From Lachnospiraceae bacterium (GTDB lineage Bacteria; Bacillota; Clostridia; Lachnospirales; Lachnospiraceae): a DNA stretch of 64,000 nucleotides. The stretch lies in NCBI GenBank assembly GCA_041826605.1, contig JBHAJK010000029.1, forward strand, positions 2,358 through 66,357. The letters run 5' to 3'. Position numbers and translations under genes: made by a program. Under the pieces are notes generated by a model. It had not been told where the DNA came from, ran no database searches, and saw nothing but the letters and a program-made list of their open reading frames with translations. Below are positions 59,373 through 64,000 of the stretch, one piece after another; position 1 is the stretch's first letter; each line of letters begins with the position of its first letter.

Positions 59373-60419
59373 ATGAAAAATGAACTTACCCAAATGGAAT
59401 TAAATTCTATATATCACAACATAGATACAATTATTACTACAAAAAAGATTGAAACAGCATATGCAGTAAACTCTGCTATGGTTTCATTATACTGGAATAT
59501 TGGCAAATATTTAGCCACTGAGGTTTTAATTGGTGCAAGGGCTGATTATGGAAAAGCCATTATCGAAGATATCGGAAAAGAATTAACACGAAATCATGGA
59601 AAAGGTTTTGATAAGACTGCATTAACTAGAATGATAAATTTTTATAAGTATTTTCCAGATTTTAACATTGTTGCGACACTGTCGCAACAATTGACATGGT
59701 CTCATTTTGTTGAGCTTCTTCCAATCGAGGATAAGTTAAAACGAGATTTCTACGCAGCTATGTGTAAAAATGAATTGTGGTCAGTACGTACATTACGTGA
59801 GCGAAAAAAATCGATGCTATATGAGAGAACTGCTATTTCTCAAAAGCCAGAAGAGACTATTGCTAACGATATTGCTGAATTACGCGATGAGAAAAAGATG
59901 TCTGTAGATATGTTTTACAGAGATCCATATATGTTAGATTTCCTTGGATTAAAAGATACCTACAGTGAAAAGGATTTAGAAAATGCTATATTAGCTGAAT
60001 TGGAACGTTTTATTCTTGAGATGGGTTCTGATTTTGCTTTTCTTGCAAGGCAGAAACATATTGTACTTGATGGAAAGGATTATTATATGGATCTTCTTTT
60101 CTATCATAGAACTATGAGACGTATTGTAGTAATTGAGTTAAAGCTCGGTGAATTCGAACCGCAGGACAAAGGACAAACAGAACTTTATCTTCGTTGGCTT
60201 GATAAATATGAAAAAGCTGAAGGTGAAGAAAGCCCAGTAGCTTTAATCTTTTGTGCAGAAAAATCACAAGAAACAATTGAACTTTTGGAATTAGATAAAG
60301 GGAATATTCATGTAGCCCAGTATCTAACCAAAATGCCACCTAAGGAAGTATTGGAACAAAAATTATCTCTTGCTATTGCTCATGCAAAAGAAAGTCTATT
60401 AAGTGACGAGAATAAATAA
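59373..60419 (+). CDS. YhcG/DUF1016 PD-(D/E)XK nuclease-domain protein
   Basis: LYWNIG, LTWSH, WSVRTL, RDPY.LDFL, DLLFYHR and IELK motifs; SD GGAGG at 59361. Confidence 0.92.
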   Translation: MKNELTQMELNSIYHNIDTIITTKKIETAYAVNSAMVSLYWNIGKYLATEVLIGARADYGKAIIEDIGKELTRNHGKGFDKTALTRMINFYKYFPDFNIVATLSQQLTWSHFVELLPIEDKLKRDFYAAMCKNELWSVRTLRERKKSMLYERTAISQKPEETIANDIAELRDEKKMSVDMFYRDPYMLDFLGLKDTYSEKDLENAILAELERFILEMGSDFAFLARQKHIVLDGKDYYMDLLFYHRTMRRIVVIELKLGEFEPQDKGQTELYLRWLDKYEKAEGEESPVALIFCAEKSQETIELLELDKGNIHVAQYLTKMPPKEVLEQKLSLAIAHAKESLLSDENK

Positions 60420-60437
60420 AAGATTGGGGATTGTATT

Positions 60438-60797
60438 ATGCTAGAACGATTTGATGTAAATGAAGAATATGCACATTCCGGCATTATCAAAGCTGGAGAT
60501 TTTTATTATCTTGGATATTGTGTTGGCAACGTTGGTGGAACGATTGAAGAACAAATTAACGGTGCATTTGATCACATGGAATATAGACTGAAGCTTGTAG
60601 GACTTACATTGGAAAATGTTATCCAGCTAGATTGCCTCTTCAGGGATGTATGGAATATTCCTGTTATGGAAGAAATCATAAGAAAGCGATTTAACGGCAA
60701 TTATCCAGTTCGTAAATCTATTCAAACAAACTTTGCGCATCAAGGTGGAGAAAATGGACTTCTGTTTCAGGTTGATGGAATTGCATACAAAGGATAG
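60438..60797 (+). CDS. RidA/YjgF family protein
   Basis: AHSG...AGD, YPVRK and QVDGIAY motifs. Confidence 0.8.
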   Translation: MLERFDVNEEYAHSGIIKAGDFYYLGYCVGNVGGTIEEQINGAFDHMEYRLKLVGLTLENVIQLDCLFRDVWNIPVMEEIIRKRFNGNYPVRKSIQTNFAHQGGENGLLFQVDGIAYKG

Positions 60798-60806
60798 GTA
60801 TAGTCG

Positions 60807-61235
60807 ATGACAACAGTTAATTTTTATGATCAGGTTGACGACTCTCTGCTTAAATTTGCGGTTATTATCACTAAGACAGATGGCAAATGGGTTTTCTGCA
60901 AGCATAAAGAACGTGATACATGGGAAGTCCCTGGTGGACACCGTGAAAGCGGAGAAAATATAAATGACACCGCAAAGCGTGAGTTATACGAAGAGACAGG
61001 CGCTTTAGAATATGATATTTCTCCTGTCTGCGTGTACTCAGTAATAGCACCTAATAACTTTGGTGGTGCAGAAACTTTTGGAATGTTATTTTATGCAGAA
61101 GTATTCGGGTTTGAAAATGAATTACATAGTGAAATAGAAAAGATTTCTATTATGGATGAGTTGCCTGAAAATTGGACTTATCCAGAAATACAGCCCAAGC
61201 TCATTGAGATGGCTAGAGAAAAAGGCTATTTATAA
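60807..61235 (+). CDS. NUDIX hydrolase
   Basis: PGGHRESGE.....AKRELYEETG Nudix box. Confidence 0.93.
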   Translation: MTTVNFYDQVDDSLLKFAVIITKTDGKWVFCKHKERDTWEVPGGHRESGENINDTAKRELYEETGALEYDISPVCVYSVIAPNNFGGAETFGMLFYAEVFGFENELHSEIEKISIMDELPENWTYPEIQPKLIEMAREKGYL

Positions 61236-61280
61236 AAGCAACTACTAAGAAATTCTTAGAAGTTGAGGAGGAGTCGACCA

Positions 61281-61877
61281 ATGGAAGGTTCAACAAACGG
61301 TATTGCCATTATGGGGTTAAATGGTAGTGGAAAGTCTACATTAGCTCATGCTTTGGCAAAAGTAATTGGCTATTATGAAATAGATGTTGAAGATTATTAT
61401 TTCCCCGAGCAAAAGGAGTCTCGTAAGGCAGCTCTAGACAATAACTATGGGGTGAAATGCAATTATTTAGGTGAATTGCCATATTCCGTTCCAAGAAGCA
61501 AAGCTGAGGTGCAGGAATCTATATATAGAGATGTTTGTGAGCATCCTCAATTTGTTATCTCAGGCGTGACTATGAATTGGAACGAGCAAATTATTTCACA
61601 CATAAACATAGTCTTTATTCTTGATGCTCCTACTGAAAAGCGTGTTCAAAGAGTTGAAAATCGTGAATTAAAGCGATTTGGAACACGCGTTGCTAAAGGT
61701 GGTGACATGTATAATCAACAAGCAGATTTTCGAGACATAATTGCTTCTAGAGATTTATCTTCTGTTCTGGAAAGTGCTAAGAAAATAAACTGCGAGATTG
61801 TTAGCTTGGATGGAACAGAATCTGTTGAGGAAAATGTTATCAAAATCCTAAATGTATTAGCGAATAGAAATGATTAA
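61281..61877 (+). CDS. P-loop nucleotide kinase (adenylate/cytidylate kinase-like)
   Basis: GLNGSGKST Walker A, R..R..NRE lid-like motif. Confidence 0.8.
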   Translation: MEGSTNGIAIMGLNGSGKSTLAHALAKVIGYYEIDVEDYYFPEQKESRKAALDNNYGVKCNYLGELPYSVPRSKAEVQESIYRDVCEHPQFVISGVTMNWNEQIISHINIVFILDAPTEKRVQRVENRELKRFGTRVAKGGDMYNQQADFRDIIASRDLSSVLESAKKINCEIVSLDGTESVEENVIKILNVLANRND

Positions 61878-61903
61878 CTGGAAATGCAGGTAAAAATATA
61901 ATT

Positions 61904-62218
61904 ATGAAAACGGTTACCATATGTGGAAGTATGAAGTTTGAAAAGGAAATGATGGCAATATCATTTATGCTAGAGACTAAGTATAACTTCAATGTATTGC
62001 AATGTGTGTACAATTCGAAGCACTTAGATATTTCTGATAGCGAATTAAAGGCTCTTGAGCAAGCTCATTTTAGGAAAATCGAATTATCCGATGCAATATA
62101 TGTCATAGACTTAAATGGATATATAGGTGAACAGGTAACCAAAGAAATAGCGTATGCAAAAGGCTTAGGTAAAGAAATTTTTTACAATTCAACATTTGCA
62201 AAAGGATATACAAATTAG
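61904..62218 (+). CDS. Small nucleoside-deoxyribosyltransferase-fold protein
   Basis: TICGSMKF...HFRKI..SDAIYVI...GYIG.....EI.YA...GKEI. Confidence 0.6.
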   Translation: MKTVTICGSMKFEKEMMAISFMLETKYNFNVLQCVYNSKHLDISDSELKALEQAHFRKIELSDAIYVIDLNGYIGEQVTKEIAYAKGLGKEIFYNSTFAKGYTN

Positions 62219-62279
62219 TAGATCAATTGTATCCCTGTTTCGTGGGAGTAAATTTAAAATTGTTGTAGAGAGGTGTCAA

Positions 62280-62579
62280 ATGGAAAAAAATATTAGTATA
62301 TGCGGTTCAGATTGTTCCGCTTGTTATTGCTTTGAACAAAAGATGTGTACTGGGTGCAATGAATGTAAAGGATGCGTATTTCATTGTTCAGAAGGTCAAG
62401 AGTGTTCAATTTATCATTGCTGTGTTTCGTTACATAATTATTCTAACTGTTTAGAATGTAAAGAGATCCCATGTGATATTTGGAAGAAGACTCGGGACCC
62501 GAAGTTTACGGATGCGGAATTTGAAAAGAATATACTGGATAGAAACGAATTACTAAAAACAGTTAATTCAAAAGCATGA
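62280..62579 (+). CDS. DUF3795-like Cys-rich protein
   Basis: CG.DC..C, C.GC, C.IY.C, C.EC...PC pattern. Confidence 0.78.
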   Translation: MEKNISICGSDCSACYCFEQKMCTGCNECKGCVFHCSEGQECSIYHCCVSLHNYSNCLECKEIPCDIWKKTRDPKFTDAEFEKNILDRNELLKTVNSKA

Positions 62580-62617
62580 AATGTGTAATGTACAAATCGG
62601 AGTTTACGGAGGAAAGT

Positions 62618-63460
62618 ATGACTCTTAAAGTGGCGATTTTACAGTCTCGTGCAGAGAATTCGAATATAAAGAGAAATATTGCTACCATAATCTGTTCGAT
62701 GAAGGATGCATCTAAACATGGAGCAGATATTTTGCTGCTTCCAGAGTGCTTTATAACAGGTTACGATCTTCCGATGACATATGAAAAAAGCATATCCTGT
62801 GAAGATGAAGTTATCAAGAAAGTATGCGAAGCAGCTAAAACGCATAATATCGGTGTTGTGCTGACATCTTTTACTAAAGGCAAGGTGCAACCTCAAAATA
62901 CAGCATTTGTAATCAATAAATCTGGGAAAATACTGATGAAGTATTCCAAGGTACATACTTGTGATTTTGCAGATGAAAAAGATGTTGAGGCAGGAACCGA
63001 GTTTAAGGTCTGTGATTTGGAAGGAATAAAAATTGGCATAATGATTTGCTATGATAGGGAATACCCTGAGAGTGCGAGAATGCTTATGTTAAAAGGTGCA
63101 GAGATAATTCTTGTACCTAATGACTGTGGCTCGATGAAACCTCGTATTCAAGCATTGTCAACCAGAGCATATGAAAACATGGTTGGAATAGCAATGGCAA
63201 ATGCAAATGGACACAATGCAGGCTGTTCGTGTGCATATAGTCCTATATGCTGGGATAAAAATGGTATCTGCACTGATAATACAATTGTGCTCGCTGATGA
63301 TATGACAGAAGGATTGTATTATGCTGATTTTGATATGGATGCAATACGAGAATACAGAAGCACAGAAATGATGGGAAATACATTCAGAAAAGTAGGAGCA
63401 TATAAGGGATTATTAGATGCTACAATTTCAGCACCATTTATAAGGGATGGACAAGAATAA
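62618..63460 (+). CDS. Carbon-nitrogen hydrolase (nitrilase/amidase superfamily)
   Basis: E-K-C triad: LPECF, YSKVH, ICYDREYPE. Confidence 0.9.
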   Translation: MTLKVAILQSRAENSNIKRNIATIICSMKDASKHGADILLLPECFITGYDLPMTYEKSISCEDEVIKKVCEAAKTHNIGVVLTSFTKGKVQPQNTAFVINKSGKILMKYSKVHTCDFADEKDVEAGTEFKVCDLEGIKIGIMICYDREYPESARMLMLKGAEIILVPNDCGSMKPRIQALSTRAYENMVGIAMANANGHNAGCSCAYSPICWDKNGICTDNTIVLADDMTEGLYYADFDMDAIREYRSTEMMGNTFRKVGAYKGLLDATISAPFIRDGQE

Positions 63461-63483
63461 TTGAAATTTATGGAGATGTATTT

Positions 63484-64000
63484 ATGAGCAAAATTCTATT
63501 TTTAACAAGCAGCCCTTTTACAGGACGGGGACTTCCTTTTAACACGGAAAACGAATTTGTCAGCCGAATGCAGAAGGCCATGCATAAGTATAATAAGGGG
63601 CTTTTTATAACTGCATCACCGGATGATTATGATGAAACAGATGGTTTTTCATTTGGAATAAAATACACGGCAGAGCTTTCAGGAATGAAGTTTGAGTCTT
63701 ATACAGTTTTAGATAGACGAAATCAAAACGATGCTGCGAAGTTGGTAAAGAGTAGCAATTTTATTATCTTGGGAGGAGGCCACGTTCCAACACAAAATCA
63801 ATTCTTTGGTGAGATAAGGTTAAAGGAACTCTTGGAGGATTTTGATGGCGTGATTTTCGGAATCAGCGCCGGAAGTATGAATAGCGCGGAAGAAGTTTAT
63901 GCACAGCCGGAGTTGGATGGCGAATCATTAGATCCTGATTATAAGCGGTTTATTACGGGCTTGGGGCTTACAAAAACTAAGCTGCTTCCTCATTACCAAG
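63484..64000 (+). CDS. Peptidase S51 / type 1 glutamine amidotransferase-like protein (3'-partial), absent from ORF track
   Basis: Hand translation MSKILFLTSSP...ILGGGHVPTQN...GISAGSMN...GLGL....LPHYQ, open to window end. Confidence 0.85.
   Translation, partial: MSKILFLTSSPFTGRGLPFNTENEFVSRMQKAMHKYNKGLFITASPDDYDETDGFSFGIKYTAELSGMKFESYTVLDRRNQNDAAKLVKSSNFIILGGGHVPTQNQFFGEIRLKELLEDFDGVIFGISAGSMNSAEEVYAQPELDGESLDPDYKRFITGLGLTKTKLLPHYQ

Larger units (their letters stand above)
52091..64000. mobile_element. Integrative mobilisable element (tyrosine integrase, VirE/CHC2 replication, MobQ relaxase, cargo); right end outside window
   Basis: Integrase converging on the tRNA 3' end; replication and mobilisation module; oriT; no T4SS genes in window. 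Confidence 0.88.

Overview
Low-GC Firmicutes chromosome, most likely Lachnospiraceae judged from gene content and synteny. Positions 1-52 kb are mostly core or metabolic genes: a sensor kinase, pentose ABC transporter, araA/araB/araD and split transketolase; an lgt to rdgB cluster; a divergent GH5 / GH16-CBM4 beta-glucanase pair with an AraC regulator; two tRNA clusters; metY-iscS-iscU; infC-rpmI-rplT with an L20 leader; cstA, mscL, rqcH-yicC-gmk-rpoZ-rimO-pgsA-cinA-recA-recX-rny; and xerD. From tRNA-Leu(CAG) (ends 52090) to the window end lies an integrative mobilisable element. It carries a tyrosine integrase broken by one in-frame TAG, VirE and CHC2 replication genes, a MobQ relaxase with oriT, an SOS-boxed XRE plus sigma-factor pair, and a co-oriented array of small cargo genes. 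The best lead is in the cargo: the YhcG/DUF1016 nuclease gene contains a 25-bp coding palindrome that recurs almost exactly against its own ribosome-binding site. A second palindrome in the same position and a degenerate junction motif occur between other cargo genes. All family assignments are by motif recognition; no searches were run.
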